This document shows, in pieces, positions 16,773-27,638 of a stretch of DNA of 64,000 nt. The translations under genes were made by a program, and so were the position numbers. The stretch's first letter is position 1. Each line of letters begins with the position of its first letter. The notes beneath the pieces were generated by a model. It did not search any database and had not been told where the DNA came from. It worked only from the letters and a program-made list of their open reading frames with translations. The DNA is from Acidobacteriota bacterium. GTDB lineage: Bacteria; Acidobacteriota; UBA6911; RPQK01; JAJDTT01. The stretch lies in the NCBI GenBank assembly GCA_965217775.1, contig CBDCJH010000002.1:5760001-5824000 (forward strand), read 5' to 3'.

Positions 16773-17972
16773 ATGAGCACCACCGGGAAGACGTTGGCTC
16801 GCGGTGATCGGATCGGGGGATACAGCTTGGAGGACATCGAGGCGCGTCTGGAGTCCGGCAAAGGGATCTCCGGCGTGTTCAAGACCGATCTCCCCACTCC
16901 TTCCCTGCTGCTGGATCTGGATCTCTTCGAGGCCAACATCGAGACCTTGGCCCGGCACGCCGCGAGCCGCTCCATCGGCTTGCGGCCCCATTCCAAGACC
17001 CACAAGTGTCCGGAGGTTGCCCGGCGCCAATTGGATGCCGGCGCTCTGGGAATCTCCACGGCCACCGTCGCCGAAGCCGAGACCATGGCTCAAGCCGGCA
17101 TTTCCGGCCTCTTGATCACCTCCGAGATAGCGGACCCCAACAAATTCCAGAGACTGGTCCGCTTGACCCGGCACCACCCCGATACCATGGCTGTGGTGGA
17201 CCATCCGTGGCAGGCGGAGCAGATGAACGAAGCGGCCGAGGCCGGCGGCGTACGGCTCAACATCATGGTGGACATCGACCCGGCCAACCGCCGCACCGGG
17301 GTCGAAGCCGGAGAGCCGGCGCTCCGTCTGGCCCGCAAGGTGGACCTTCTCCCGCACCTGAACCTGAGGGGGGTGCACTGCTACTGCGGAAAGTCGTCCC
17401 ACGTCCACGGCTTCGAAGAGCGGCGAAGGCATTCGATGGAATCCCTGGCGGCTCCGCTGGAGACCTTCTTCAGGATGAAGCAGGAAGGGCTTCCGGTGGA
17501 GATTTTCTCCGGTTGCAGCACCGGGACCTACAATATCGATCCCGAGATCGAGGGCATCACCGAGATGCAGGCGGGATCCTACGTCTTCATGGACCTGGAC
17601 TACAGGTTGATCGGGGGCCGGGGGGGGGAAGTCTACGACGACTTCAAGTCCGCATTGACGGTTCTCTCCACGGTCACCAGCAGGAATCTCCCCGGCCAGG
17701 CCACATTGGATGCCGGGCTCAAGGCCTTCTCCACCGACCGGGCCTTCGGACCACAGCCGGTGGGAATCGAGGGTGCGAGCTTCCGTTGGGGTGGGGATGA
17801 ACATGGCATTCTCGTCCTGGACGGGGCGGTCGGCGACGTTCGTCTGGGCGAGAAGCTGGAATTTCACCCTCCCCATTGTGACCCGACCGTCAACCTCTAC
17901 GATCGCATCTACTGCACCCGGGGAGACCAGGTCGTAGACGTCTGGCCGATCCTCGCCCGCGGCCATCGCTGA
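16773..17972 (+). CDS. DSD1 family PLP-dependent enzyme (D-threonine aldolase / D-serine dehydratase / 3-hydroxy-D-aspartate aldolase-like)
   Basis: LPTP.LLLD, LRPHSKTHK (PLP Lys), RTG, STGT, E.QAGSYVFMD, DEHG and HCDPTVN motifs. Confidence 0.92.
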   Translation: MSTTGKTLARGDRIGGYSLEDIEARLESGKGISGVFKTDLPTPSLLLDLDLFEANIETLARHAASRSIGLRPHSKTHKCPEVARRQLDAGALGISTATVAEAETMAQAGISGLLITSEIADPNKFQRLVRLTRHHPDTMAVVDHPWQAEQMNEAAEAGGVRLNIMVDIDPANRRTGVEAGEPALRLARKVDLLPHLNLRGVHCYCGKSSHVHGFEERRRHSMESLAAPLETFFRMKQEGLPVEIFSGCSTGTYNIDPEIEGITEMQAGSYVFMDLDYRLIGGRGGEVYDDFKSALTVLSTVTSRNLPGQATLDAGLKAFSTDRAFGPQPVGIEGASFRWGGDEHGILVLDGAVGDVRLGEKLEFHPPHCDPTVNLYDRIYCTRGDQVVDVWPILARGHR

Positions 17973-18031
17973 AGATTCCACAGAGCTTCGAATCCGGTAC
18001 TCAGGGCGGGTGGCACCGAAGGAGGCATGCT

Positions 18032-19657
18032 ATGCAGGTGTCCGAGTTGATCGTCCGGGAAGCCAGGGAGCGGGGCCTGAACCACTACTTCGGCATACCA
18101 GGTGGTGGGCTGCCCTTGGACATCATGGATTGGGGACGGCGTCTGGGCCTCAATTTCGTCGCCGTGGCCCATGAGTCTTCGGCGGCCATCATGGCCGCCT
18201 ATTACGGACTCACGAGAGAGACGGCGGGACTGGCTTTGGCCGTCAGGGGCGTCGGTGCCGGCAACTTGGCTGGAGGCGCCGTCAACGCCCATTTCGAACG
18301 CGTTCCCGTCATCTGTTGCTGTGAGAGCAGCCCGGTTTCCACCGGCCACCTGGAGTTGGTCTGCCAGTGCTCCCACGGCAAGCTCTTCGAAGCCGTCGTC
18401 AAGTCGCAGCATACTTTGTCCGTCGACACGGCTCGCGAGAGTCTTCGAAGCGCCTTCTTCCAGGCCTTCGACGGCCGGCCGGGTCCGGTTCTATTGGATG
18501 TGCCGACCGAGCTGGCGACCGCTCCGGTCCCGGGTCCCGTACTCGATCCGCTGGAGGCACCTCCTCCCGCCCTCCCCGATGAATCCCAACTCAGGGTCCT
18601 GAGGGAGCTTCTGTCGAAATCCCGAAGACCGGTGATCCTCGCCGGACAGGACGTGATCCGAGCCGGCGCCTGCAACGCCTTGCGCGCGTTGGTGGAGGCG
18701 GTGGGGGCCGCCGTTCTGGTCCAGATGGACGCCCATGGCGTCTTTCCCGAGTCCCATCCCCTCTGGGCCGGCACCTTCGTCGGACACCAGATCCCCAACA
18801 CCGTGGAAGGCGAGCTGGCCCCGCAAGCGGACCTGGCGCTCCTGGTCGGCTGCGACTCCCTGACCTCGGACAAGAAGTGGGACTCGGCGGCACCCGCCTG
18901 CGAGTTGGCGCAGCGCGCGGAGTACGAATCGCTGGCCGCCCGGCCCCTCCATCGCATCGACGGCGACCTGACCGTCTCCCTGAACCGGCTGCTCCCCTCG
19001 TCTCCCCGGGCCGGATTCCCGCCCGCCGATGTCCGGAAGACACGGGAAAGCGTGTTGAGGCACTTTCGCCGTCCGGGGGCCGCCCGGCTGGCGGCGCAGG
19101 ACATCATCGAGATCACGCGGACCCAGATGCCGAGTGACGGTCTGCTCGTTTCCGAAACCGGGATCTTCATCCTCATGCTGCACCATCTTTGGCCCGTGGA
19201 CCGTCCCGGAAGCCACCTCTGCACTGCCGGCGGGCGGACCATGGGCCTCATGCTTCCGGCCATCCTCGGCGCCAAGCTGGCTCGGCCCGAACGGCCCATG
19301 ATCGGAATCGGAGCCGACGGCAGCACTTTGATGCGGCTGGGAGAGCTGGAGGTATTCGCCCGCACCGGGGTCCGGGTTCCTCTCGTGATCCTGAACGACC
19401 ATGCCCTGGGCACCATGAAGTCAAGGCAACAGAGCCGGGGAATGGAGGACTACGGCCTGGATCTGCACCCCATCGATCTGGCGGCCGTGGCCCGGGCTTC
19501 GGGTCTGGCCGGAGTCGTGGTCCGGACGCCGGAGGAGTACGAGAGAGAGCTCAAGAAGGCGCTGGTTGCGGACACCACCACGCTGATCGACGCCCGGGTC
19601 GATCCTCAGGCCTACCAGGACAGTTTCGCCGCCACTATCGGGATCGTGGGAACCTGA
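18032..19657 (+). CDS. Thiamine pyrophosphate-binding enzyme (acetolactate synthase-like)
   Basis: FGIPGG, HE.SA..MA and RPGPV motifs; GADGS...LND TPP-binding motif; GGAGG RBS. Confidence 0.9.
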   Translation: MQVSELIVREARERGLNHYFGIPGGGLPLDIMDWGRRLGLNFVAVAHESSAAIMAAYYGLTRETAGLALAVRGVGAGNLAGGAVNAHFERVPVICCCESSPVSTGHLELVCQCSHGKLFEAVVKSQHTLSVDTARESLRSAFFQAFDGRPGPVLLDVPTELATAPVPGPVLDPLEAPPPALPDESQLRVLRELLSKSRRPVILAGQDVIRAGACNALRALVEAVGAAVLVQMDAHGVFPESHPLWAGTFVGHQIPNTVEGELAPQADLALLVGCDSLTSDKKWDSAAPACELAQRAEYESLAARPLHRIDGDLTVSLNRLLPSSPRAGFPPADVRKTRESVLRHFRRPGAARLAAQDIIEITRTQMPSDGLLVSETGIFILMLHHLWPVDRPGSHLCTAGGRTMGLMLPAILGAKLARPERPMIGIGADGSTLMRLGELEVFARTGVRVPLVILNDHALGTMKSRQQSRGMEDYGLDLHPIDLAAVARASGLAGVVVRTPEEYERELKKALVADTTTLIDARVDPQAYQDSFAATIGIVGT

Positions 19658-20934
19658 AACCGGGTGTCCGATCTCGCCTCTGGAAGAGGCAGCCAGCGGG
19701 GGTGGTCGGCTCCCTGGCCCTTCCAGCCGTCAGTGACGTGTCTGGCGTCAGCTCCTTCCGAATCCATGCGCCAGATGGCGGGCATCTGGCCCGTCTTCGC
19801 ACGGCAGAAAAGGATGATGCGTCCGTCGGGGGATGGCTGTGGCCGGAAGTCCCAGAGGGGCGGACGGCTCTCGGTCAGGCGCTGCATCTCGCCGTTCTTG
19901 GGGTCGATTCGGCAGATCTCCGTGCCGCCCCGTGCCAACTTGGGCTTGAAGTCACGGTTGAAATGGTCCGTGTCCGGGCGCTGCCGCTGATACTCCCACG
20001 GCACCTTGCTGCCAGGGAGCTTTCGAGAAAAGAGGATGGATTCGTCTCGAGTCCACGAAAGCATGTTGGAACCGCTGCCGCGGTTGGCCGGACTGCCGTA
20101 GCTGGCGCCGAACCAGTGGGATTGACCTTCAGTCAGGACTCGCCGCTCGGATCCATCGGGCCGGGCGACGCAGACATCGGCCCAGTCGTGACCCGGATCT
20201 TCCCGGAAATGACAGTCCAGGTAGGCGAGCCAATCCCCACCCGGAGACCATACGGGTCCGAAATAGAGATGGTCGGGATGGGCTGCAATGAGCGTGCGGC
20301 GACCTCCGTCGAAGTCGCTGGTCCAGATCTGATAGCCCGAAGGGCTGGCCAGATGGAAGGCGACGCGCTTCGCCCGCGGGTTGAGGCTGAAACCATACGG
20401 CAGGCCTTCTCCGGCTCCCGTGAATTCCCGCGCGTCAGTGCCGTCCAGATTCATGCTGAAGACTTGGCCGGCCCGGTGGCGGATGACTTGGACCAACATG
20501 CGTTCGTTGTCCAGCAACAGTTGGGGAGTGCAAAAAACGGCGATCCGCTCTTTGGTGGCGATCTCGGTCAGGCTCTTCTCTTCGAGATCATAGATCCAGA
20601 TATGCGTGGGTGTCTGGGTGTAGTACTCGGCGAACGGCCGACCCGGACCGTCTCGGCGTGCTTCCATGCTCAGCAGCAGGATTCTGCGGCCCCCGGAGAA
20701 GAACCCTGCCGGTTGCCAGGTCACTTGATTCGGCTCCCGGAGATCCAACACTTGCAGATTGCCGCCACAGGCAACCATCATGGCCGTCCTGCCCGCCGTC
20801 GAGAAGAGGAAACGCTTCGGGGAGGCGGACGGGGCACCGGACTTCGGTGCCGAGCCGTGACGGGGAGTCAAGGCCAGCGTGGAGCCGAAGAGAAGGGTAG
20901 CCAGAAGTTCGCGGCGGGACAGTTTGAAGTCCAT
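19612..20934 (-). CDS. Tat-exported TolB-like (PD40 repeat) beta-propeller protein
   Basis: SRRELL signal; P.WSP.G, PSPDG and DG...R.LT repeats. Confidence 0.8.
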   Translation of the reverse strand: MDFKLSRRELLATLLFGSTLALTPRHGSAPKSGAPSASPKRFLFSTAGRTAMMVACGGNLQVLDLREPNQVTWQPAGFFSGGRRILLLSMEARRDGPGRPFAEYYTQTPTHIWIYDLEEKSLTEIATKERIAVFCTPQLLLDNERMLVQVIRHRAGQVFSMNLDGTDAREFTGAGEGLPYGFSLNPRAKRVAFHLASPSGYQIWTSDFDGGRRTLIAAHPDHLYFGPVWSPGGDWLAYLDCHFREDPGHDWADVCVARPDGSERRVLTEGQSHWFGASYGSPANRGSGSNMLSWTRDESILFSRKLPGSKVPWEYQRQRPDTDHFNRDFKPKLARGGTEICRIDPKNGEMQRLTESRPPLWDFRPQPSPDGRIILFCRAKTGQMPAIWRMDSEGADARHVTDGWKGQGADHPRWLPLPEARSDTRFQVPTIPIVAAKLSW

Positions 20935-21064
20935 GATCTCAGAGCCGGAGTTGATGCCTCCAAATGGTGACGCCTCAACTCGAATCTGTAAATGTCGTTC
21001 CGAATGGTTGCCGCGTGCGAAAGGGGAACGATTGACGGTGGAGGGTCCTGCTTGAGGAACTGCG

Positions 21065-22135
21065 GTGAAGGATAGAGTTACTCCGTCGGCATCGGTCGTT
21101 GCCCTGTGGCTGGCATCCGTTCTGCTCGTGGGCTGCGCCTCATCTCCGCGTGAGCAGGAAAAAAGAATTCAAGTGTCCGCGGATCTGGACTTTCACCGTC
21201 TCCAAGTGACCCCCCTGGTGCATTCCACCTATCCGACATACCGGCGCTACCATGATGCTCTGGCCCCCCAGGTCGTGGTCGTTACGGCTCAGGGACTGGA
21301 CCGGATCGGTTGGGAAGATCGCCCTGAGAAGGCTTCCTGGATCCTGAGGTTGCCGGAGCAGATCCACGTCAATGGAAGGAAGCTCCACTACCAGGTGGGG
21401 ATGAAATGGGTGAGAGAAGGAGAGAGATGGACCTACTCCGACAGTCCGGTGAGAGATCTGAACGGCCTCTGGAAGCAGGATCCGAAGTCCGACTTCTACC
21501 GGTTCCAACTCGACCCGGCTGCGGAGCGGAAACCCGTGCTGGGCCAGCAGGATGTCAGCATCCACGCGGACTCCACCGGCGCCCACTATTTCTTGTCGGT
21601 CACCAACGATTCCGATGAACCTTGGAAAGACGTCCATACCTGGGTCTGCCTGGACCACTACCACACGCCGGTCACCGGATATCGGCCCTATCTCAAGGTC
21701 GGGTCTTCCTGGACCGATTACCAGAAGCTTCCAGGGGTCGGGCCTTCCACGTTTCTACCGGTGATGGAAAGAAGAGACGAGTTTCTCAGAGTCCGGCCGA
21801 GGTCGAAGGCGCCTGCCTCAGTGAGCTTTCCCGGAGTGGTCTGCTGGAACATTACCGACAAAGGACACCTCCTGACCGCGCACCTGTCGCGGGACGCTCT
21901 GGCCGTACTCGCGAATCAGAATGCTCCCTGCACCGATCTGCTCCTCTGGTTCGGCGATCTGCAGCCGGGCCAGCGAGTCACCCGTAGCGGGCACGTTCTC
22001 GTCGCCCGTGCCAGCCTGGAGGAATTCAAGCGGCAGGAGAGCGGCATGATGCGGCTCTTGGACGGCATCGGGAAGGGAAGCTCGCCCGAACCACCGATAT
22101 CCTCTTTGTCCTCGGCGTCTGCGCAGGGATCGTGA
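21065..22135 (+). CDS. Hypothetical lipoprotein
   Basis: LVGC lipobox; first gene of a run of co-directional overlapping ORFs. Confidence 0.65.
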   Translation: MKDRVTPSASVVALWLASVLLVGCASSPREQEKRIQVSADLDFHRLQVTPLVHSTYPTYRRYHDALAPQVVVVTAQGLDRIGWEDRPEKASWILRLPEQIHVNGRKLHYQVGMKWVREGERWTYSDSPVRDLNGLWKQDPKSDFYRFQLDPAAERKPVLGQQDVSIHADSTGAHYFLSVTNDSDEPWKDVHTWVCLDHYHTPVTGYRPYLKVGSSWTDYQKLPGVGPSTFLPVMERRDEFLRVRPRSKAPASVSFPGVVCWNITDKGHLLTAHLSRDALAVLANQNAPCTDLLLWFGDLQPGQRVTRSGHVLVARASLEEFKRQESGMMRLLDGIGKGSSPEPPISSLSSASAQGS

Positions 22136-23292
22136 CCGTAACGCAGATCGATCGCCGGGATTTCTTCAAGGGCATGGGTACGGCCGCCGCCAAAGGGGCG
22201 CTGGTGTCGGGAACCTTTGGCTTGACCTCTTCGCGTTGCCCGAGACGCGGCGGCCCCTCGAATCCTCCCGACACCGACCCAAATACTGGAGACAGAGAAA
22301 TGACGGTACCAAACACCGCCGGCGGGGACAGACGTTTCAGAGACGCGAGGGACCGCGGCTGCGCATTCCTCCTGGATCGTTTGCGACCTGACGGAGGCTT
22401 CGGCGACGTCGAACCAGGGTTGTCTCAGTACTACAAGGTTCCTGCAGCGCTCGCCGCTTGCGGCGAGACGGGGGCGGCCAACCGCCTCTGCAGCTGGATT
22501 CGGGAAAATGGAATGCTCCCGAACGGGGACTTCGGACCGAGACCCGTGTCGATTCGAGGGTACGGCTATACCTACTACAACTCGTGGGTGATCAAGGGGG
22601 CCCACCGGCTGGGGCATTTCGATCTCTCCCAGCGAGGCATGGATTTTCTGATGACTTTCCGGGACAGCGAGACCGGCGGGTTCCTGTCCAGTCCTGCGGA
22701 ACAGGATCCTCTGCTGCAACAGGACCTCTGGGTGGTTGCCGGCTGCGGTTGGTCGGCCCTCTACACCGGCAGGATCGAAATCGCCCGGGGGGTCGGGCAC
22801 TGGATGAAGACCCTCATGGAGGCGCAACCCAACTACCCCAGGAAGCTGTACGGGGTCTACAGCAGGGAAAAGGGACTGCATGTCGAGCACGAGCCGGGCG
22901 AGGCATTCCGATACGTCCTGAATCAGGACGCCGAGCGGGACGAACCCTTCTACAACCCGGGCATTGCAGGAGGATTCCTGGCACAACTCCATCAGGCGAC
23001 CGGCGAAAAGGAGTGGTTGGAGTTGGCCCGGGAGTACCTGCGCCTGGCGGAAGACGCCAGCGGTTTTCTCTACGGTCTGGTCCGCGCCGGCAAGTTGGGA
23101 TGGGCCGCATCCTTGCTCTACACGCTCACTTCCGAGGAGAAGTACCGGGACATGGCCGTTCGTGTGGGCGACAGCCTGATCGCGTCCCAGTCGGGCGCGG
23201 GTTGGTGGGGAAACGTCGGCGAGACCTCGCCCAACAACGACATCACCGCCGAAATGGTCTATTGGCTCGACCAGATTTACCAATCCGTGTGA
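22132..23292 (+). CDS. Tat-signal hypothetical protein, prenyltransferase/terpene-cyclase-like alpha/alpha toroid
   Basis: DRRDFFK signal; QW-like repeats (L.RLRPDGGF, ASQSGAGWW). Confidence 0.65.
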   Translation: MTVTQIDRRDFFKGMGTAAAKGALVSGTFGLTSSRCPRRGGPSNPPDTDPNTGDREMTVPNTAGGDRRFRDARDRGCAFLLDRLRPDGGFGDVEPGLSQYYKVPAALAACGETGAANRLCSWIRENGMLPNGDFGPRPVSIRGYGYTYYNSWVIKGAHRLGHFDLSQRGMDFLMTFRDSETGGFLSSPAEQDPLLQQDLWVVAGCGWSALYTGRIEIARGVGHWMKTLMEAQPNYPRKLYGVYSREKGLHVEHEPGEAFRYVLNQDAERDEPFYNPGIAGGFLAQLHQATGEKEWLELAREYLRLAEDASGFLYGLVRAGKLGWAASLLYTLTSEEKYRDMAVRVGDSLIASQSGAGWWGNVGETSPNNDITAEMVYWLDQIYQSV

Positions 23293-23317
23293 GGAAAGAG
23301 GTGGGGTCCGGGTTCCG

Positions 23318-25191
23318 GTGAGTAGGACGTTCGTTCGATACCATCTGTTGCCTGTGTTTGGGCATAGGGTTCGAAACTTGGCGGAACTCCTCGCCTGGCT
23401 CCTGACGGGGGTCGGCAGCGCGGCCCCAAACCCGGTTGCGATTCACATCGAAACGCCCATGCCGCCGCCCGCGTGGGCCCTGCAGCAGCGGGAGCTGATC
23501 CGCGCCAATACCAGAGCCTGCCGGGAGTTCTTCCGGAAATACTTCGATGACCGGGGCTATCTGCTCTGCGTCGAGCGTTGGGGCGCCGCCGACGGTCCGG
23601 ACGACGCCATCGAAAACGTGGCCGACTGGCCGATCCTTCATGCCCTCGGGGCCCCCGACGATGTGCTCCACATGTACAAGAAGGCCTGGGAAGGACATCT
23701 TCGGCAATACACGGAAGCCAGAACGGTGCAGGTTCCCCTGGCGCGCCAGGGGATGTACTACCAGGAATTCCCGGTGATGTTCGACTGGTATCACATCGGC
23801 GAGATCCTTCGCGTCTTCAACCTGCAAGGACTTTCCGATCCCGGTGACGAGGCCTTCGGCAGGCGCGTGAGACGTTATGCGGGCTTCTACCTGAACGAGG
23901 ATCCCGGGGCCCCCAACTACGACCCGGAACACAGGATCATTCGGAGCTACTTCAACGGCAGCCGCGGGCCGCTCCTGCGCAACACGACGGCAGTGGACTG
24001 GGCGGGGGATCCCTTCGAACCTTTCGAGGGTGTTCCCGCTACCTACTACCAGAGGTTGCTCGCCACCTACGCGCACTACAGCGAGACCCTGGGGGACCAT
24101 CCCATGAACCTGGGCGCCACGACGCTCGCTGCCAACGCCTACGTGCTGACGGGCGAGGAAAAAACAAGAAGTGGCTGTTGGAGTACGTCGACGCCTGGGT
24201 GGCCCGGACCCGGGAAAATCAAGGGATCATCCCCAGCAACATCGGCACGGACGGCCGTATCGGCGGAGCAGCCGGCGGCCGATGGTACGGTGGGACCTAC
24301 GGCTGGGCCTTCACCTTCAAGAACCCGGAGACCGGCGCGTTCAGCCATTACAATCGCGTCGGGCGCGGCCTGATCGGATTCGGGAACGCCTACCTGCTCA
24401 CCGGGGACCGCCGCTACATCGAAGTCTGGACCTCAATGATGGACAAGATCAACTCCCACCGGGGCGGCATGTACGGAGCGCCCGGGGCTCAACTGGGAGC
24501 CACGGCGGGAGCTTTCCCCAGGATGCATGGGGACCAGGGATGGTACGCCTTCACGCCGGGCCGGTGGTCGGAGGGAGCGCTGGATTGCTACTTCTGGACC
24601 TGCGACGCCAGGGATCGAGAGCGGGTTCCCGCCGACGAATGGATACGCTATCTCCAAGGGGAATCTCCCGAGTACCCGGAACGCGCACTGCGAGCCGACT
24701 TTCGGAATATCCGCAGCAAGATTTCCGCCATGCGAAAGGACCGTTCCACACCGCGCACGCGACTGTCCAACGGTCCGACGCAGTACAACCCCGTATCCAT
24801 CTCCTCGCTGCGCCAGCAGATGCTGGCCGGTATCGACCCCGGCCGGGGCGGCGCCCTTCTGCACTGCCGCTTGAGGTACTTCGACCCTGAACGCCGCCGG
24901 GCGGGCATCCCCGAGGACGTGGCGGCCCTGGTCGACGAGATGACCGACACCCGGGTGTCAGTGACGCTGGTCAACGTCAACCAGGTCGAGGCTCGGGAAC
25001 TGCTGGTACAAACCGGCGCCTATGGGGAACACCAGTGCCGGAGCGTTGAGTTGGACGGCCGGGAGTTCCAAGTCTCCCGGTCCTGGTTCCGGCTCCGCTT
25101 GGAACCGGGATGCGGAGCCCGAATCGTCGTCAACAACACCCGATATGCCAATGATCCCACGCTCCTCTTCCCTTGGGATCGAGAGCTTTGA
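23318..25191 (+). pseudogene. Frameshifted paralog of the 3628-5583 protein family
   Basis: Homology switches frame at the A-run 24159-24164. Adding one base gives TGEEK(Y/N)KKWLLEYV, matching TGDEKYRRWIVDYV in the paralog. Confidence 0.8.
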
Positions 25192-25213
25192 TCCACCGGA
25201 AAGAGAGTCCAGG

Positions 25214-26203
25214 ATGAGCATCAGTATGACCCGCCGCGAATGGTTGACTGCCGGCGCCCTGACCCTCTCGGCGCCCAGGATGGTGCTGGGAAGGAGCCCG
25301 AAGTCCATGCACGGAGCCTTCATCATCCTCGCGACTCCCTATACCGAGTCCAAGGAGGTCGATTTCGAGGATCTGGCCGCGGAAGTCGAATTCCTGGACC
25401 GCTCCGGTGTCCAGGGCATGGTCTGGCCCCAGAACGCCAGCGAGCTTCGCTACCTGAGCCGTGAAGAGCGAATGAAGGGCATGGAAGTGCTGGCTCGAGC
25501 GGCTCGCGGCCGATCGCCGGCGTTGGTCCTGGGGGTCCAGGGGCGGAACACGGAGGCCATGCTGGAATACGCTCGCCATGCCGAATCTCTGAATCCGGAC
25601 GCCCTCATTGCCATTCCACCCACCGAAGCGAAGTCGCTGGACGATTACCGGGAGTACTTCGCGGAGTTGGGACGCCTCACCCGGCGGCCGGTCTTCATCC
25701 AGACGGGAGGAGGCGCACCCGAAATCGGTGTCACCGCCGAGTTCGTTCTGGAGACGGCCCGCAAGTTTCCCAACGTGGGCTATGTCAAGGACGAACACGA
25801 ATTGGGATTCGAGCATTTCGAAAGAAAGCGAAAGCTTGCCCAACACAGCCCGGACCCGATGAAGAGCGTCCTCACCGCGGGGCGGGCCCGGGCCTGGACC
25901 TACGAGATGCGCCTCGGGGCCCACGGCATCATGACGGGCGGTCCCATGTATGCGGAAGTCTACGCACTCATCTGGCGGCTGTATCAGGAAGGCGAACGGG
26001 ACCGGCTGCGGGAGGTCTTTGGCAAGCTCCTGATGATGACGATCCTGGAGCAGCACATCCCGGGAGTGAAGCCCTACATGATGAAGCGGCGCGGACTCTT
26101 CAAGACTTCGGTCTCCCGGGTCTGGGACAAGGTCCTGACGCCGGCCCAGGTCGACGAGATCGAGTACAAGTTCAAGGGGCTCCAACCCTATCTGAATGGA
26201 TAA
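25214..26203 (+). CDS. Dihydrodipicolinate synthase family (class I aldolase) protein with Tat signal
   Basis: TRREWL signal; ATPY, SE...LS.EER and YVKDE (Schiff-base Lys) motifs. Confidence 0.85.
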   Translation: MSISMTRREWLTAGALTLSAPRMVLGRSPKSMHGAFIILATPYTESKEVDFEDLAAEVEFLDRSGVQGMVWPQNASELRYLSREERMKGMEVLARAARGRSPALVLGVQGRNTEAMLEYARHAESLNPDALIAIPPTEAKSLDDYREYFAELGRLTRRPVFIQTGGGAPEIGVTAEFVLETARKFPNVGYVKDEHELGFEHFERKRKLAQHSPDPMKSVLTAGRARAWTYEMRLGAHGIMTGGPMYAEVYALIWRLYQEGERDRLREVFGKLLMMTILEQHIPGVKPYMMKRRGLFKTSVSRVWDKVLTPAQVDEIEYKFKGLQPYLNG

Positions 26204-26270
26204 TCTCGATTTGCCTCCGGGGCGGCGGGGAAATCAGGCTCCGGATATGTGACGTGAAGCCCGCTGACGG

Positions 26271-27593
26271 TCAGGGTCGAACCGTGATCCGGCGTGCTTC
26301 GTACAGCGTCTTCATGTCCCGCAAGAAATGCTCGCTGTCGTTTTCCCAGATCCGTAGCGTTTCGCCCAGCGATTTCCCCGGCAACACGAATCGATACGAA
26401 AGCACCACGCATGAAGCGGGCCCGGTGGCTGCGATCTGGGTGTACCCTTGCGTCAGCGGCTCGGCGATCTTGCGGGGCCGGCTCCAGGTATATCCCTTGT
26501 CGGGACTGAACATGACGTAGTCTCCGGCCGCTGCCGAAGGATCTTCTATCCCGACTTGGCTCTTGTAGCGCTTCTGATAGTCGGCGAGACCCGCGGGATA
26601 ATACCCGCCGTTGGGATCCTCCCAGTAGATGTACCGCATCGGGCGCCAGCCGAAGCTGCAGACCAGAATCCCGTTGCCCAGCAGAGTGATTTTCGGCTGT
26701 AGGCCCAGTGTCTCCAGAGAGACCGGCTCGCTCCAGGTCTGTCCTCCGTCCAGGGAACGGCACTGAAATAGCGGCGCGTAGCGGCCGGTTCGCATGATCA
26801 CCAGCAACTCGCCGCCGCCGAAATCCGCGATGGCCGGCTCGCAGAAACTCTCCTGCCCGGTCTTGCCGTCGTAGGCGATGGTCGAGAGATACTCCCAATT
26901 CTTGCCGTCATCGTTGGAGGACAACATGTAGGTGCGGTACATGGGCGCCACGCCCAGTTTGGTCTCGAATCCGCTGATGGGCACATCGTCGCCGACGAAG
27001 TTGCCGTAGGAGAGCGCCAGCAGTGTTCCGTCCGACAGCTCATGGGCGAGATCGACGATGGGAGCTTGGAACACGGTCTTGTAGTCGTCACCGATTACAG
27101 GCTTGAACCGGGGCACTGAGATGACGGTTTCCCGCCAGGATTCGTCGTTTATGTCCTCGAAGTCGCCGAGTCCGTTCAATGTCAGATGCCCGGCGAGGAA
27201 GATCCCTGGCCGTTCTGACGGTTTCGCGCCGCGCTTCAGAAGATAGAAGGAGCCGTCCCGCCGCTGCAGCGTCTGAAATCGGGAGATCGGAACCTGCTGC
27301 TTCTGCCAAGTGAGACCGCCGTCGGTGGAACGCAGAATCTTGTCCGTCGTCCCACTGAGGATGATGGAGTCGTCGAGCAGTTTGAGCAGCAGCGTGTGGC
27401 GAAAGTAGTAGGGGGGCGCCGCCCCTTCTTCATGCACGATGGAGGGCTCGGAGACGGTCGCCGAAGTGACTGCGGCCCGGGAATGAAGCAGCATCGGTTT
27501 CTCTTCTGGCGGGGCTGCCGACCCGTGAGCGCCGGCAAAGCCAATTCCGAGCAGGCAAGTCAGCAACAGAGTCCCGGTCACTGGAACAGACAT
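26271..27593 (-). CDS. Secreted sialidase-family (BNR) protein
   Basis: Signal peptide; Asp-boxes STDGGLTW, SNDDGKNW, SLDGGQTW and SPDKGYTW; FCEP..MRTG. Confidence 0.82.
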   Translation of the reverse strand: MSVPVTGTLLLTCLLGIGFAGAHGSAAPPEEKPMLLHSRAAVTSATVSEPSIVHEEGAAPPYYFRHTLLLKLLDDSIILSGTTDKILRSTDGGLTWQKQQVPISRFQTLQRRDGSFYLLKRGAKPSERPGIFLAGHLTLNGLGDFEDINDESWRETVISVPRFKPVIGDDYKTVFQAPIVDLAHELSDGTLLALSYGNFVGDDVPISGFETKLGVAPMYRTYMLSSNDDGKNWEYLSTIAYDGKTGQESFCEPAIADFGGGELLVIMRTGRYAPLFQCRSLDGGQTWSEPVSLETLGLQPKITLLGNGILVCSFGWRPMRYIYWEDPNGGYYPAGLADYQKRYKSQVGIEDPSAAAGDYVMFSPDKGYTWSRPRKIAEPLTQGYTQIAATGPASCVVLSYRFVLPGKSLGETLRIWENDSEHFLRDMKTLYEARRITVRP

Positions 27594-27638
27594 GGTTTCC
27601 TTCCTCGCTGTCCGATTGAGAGGGAACGCACCGTGAGT

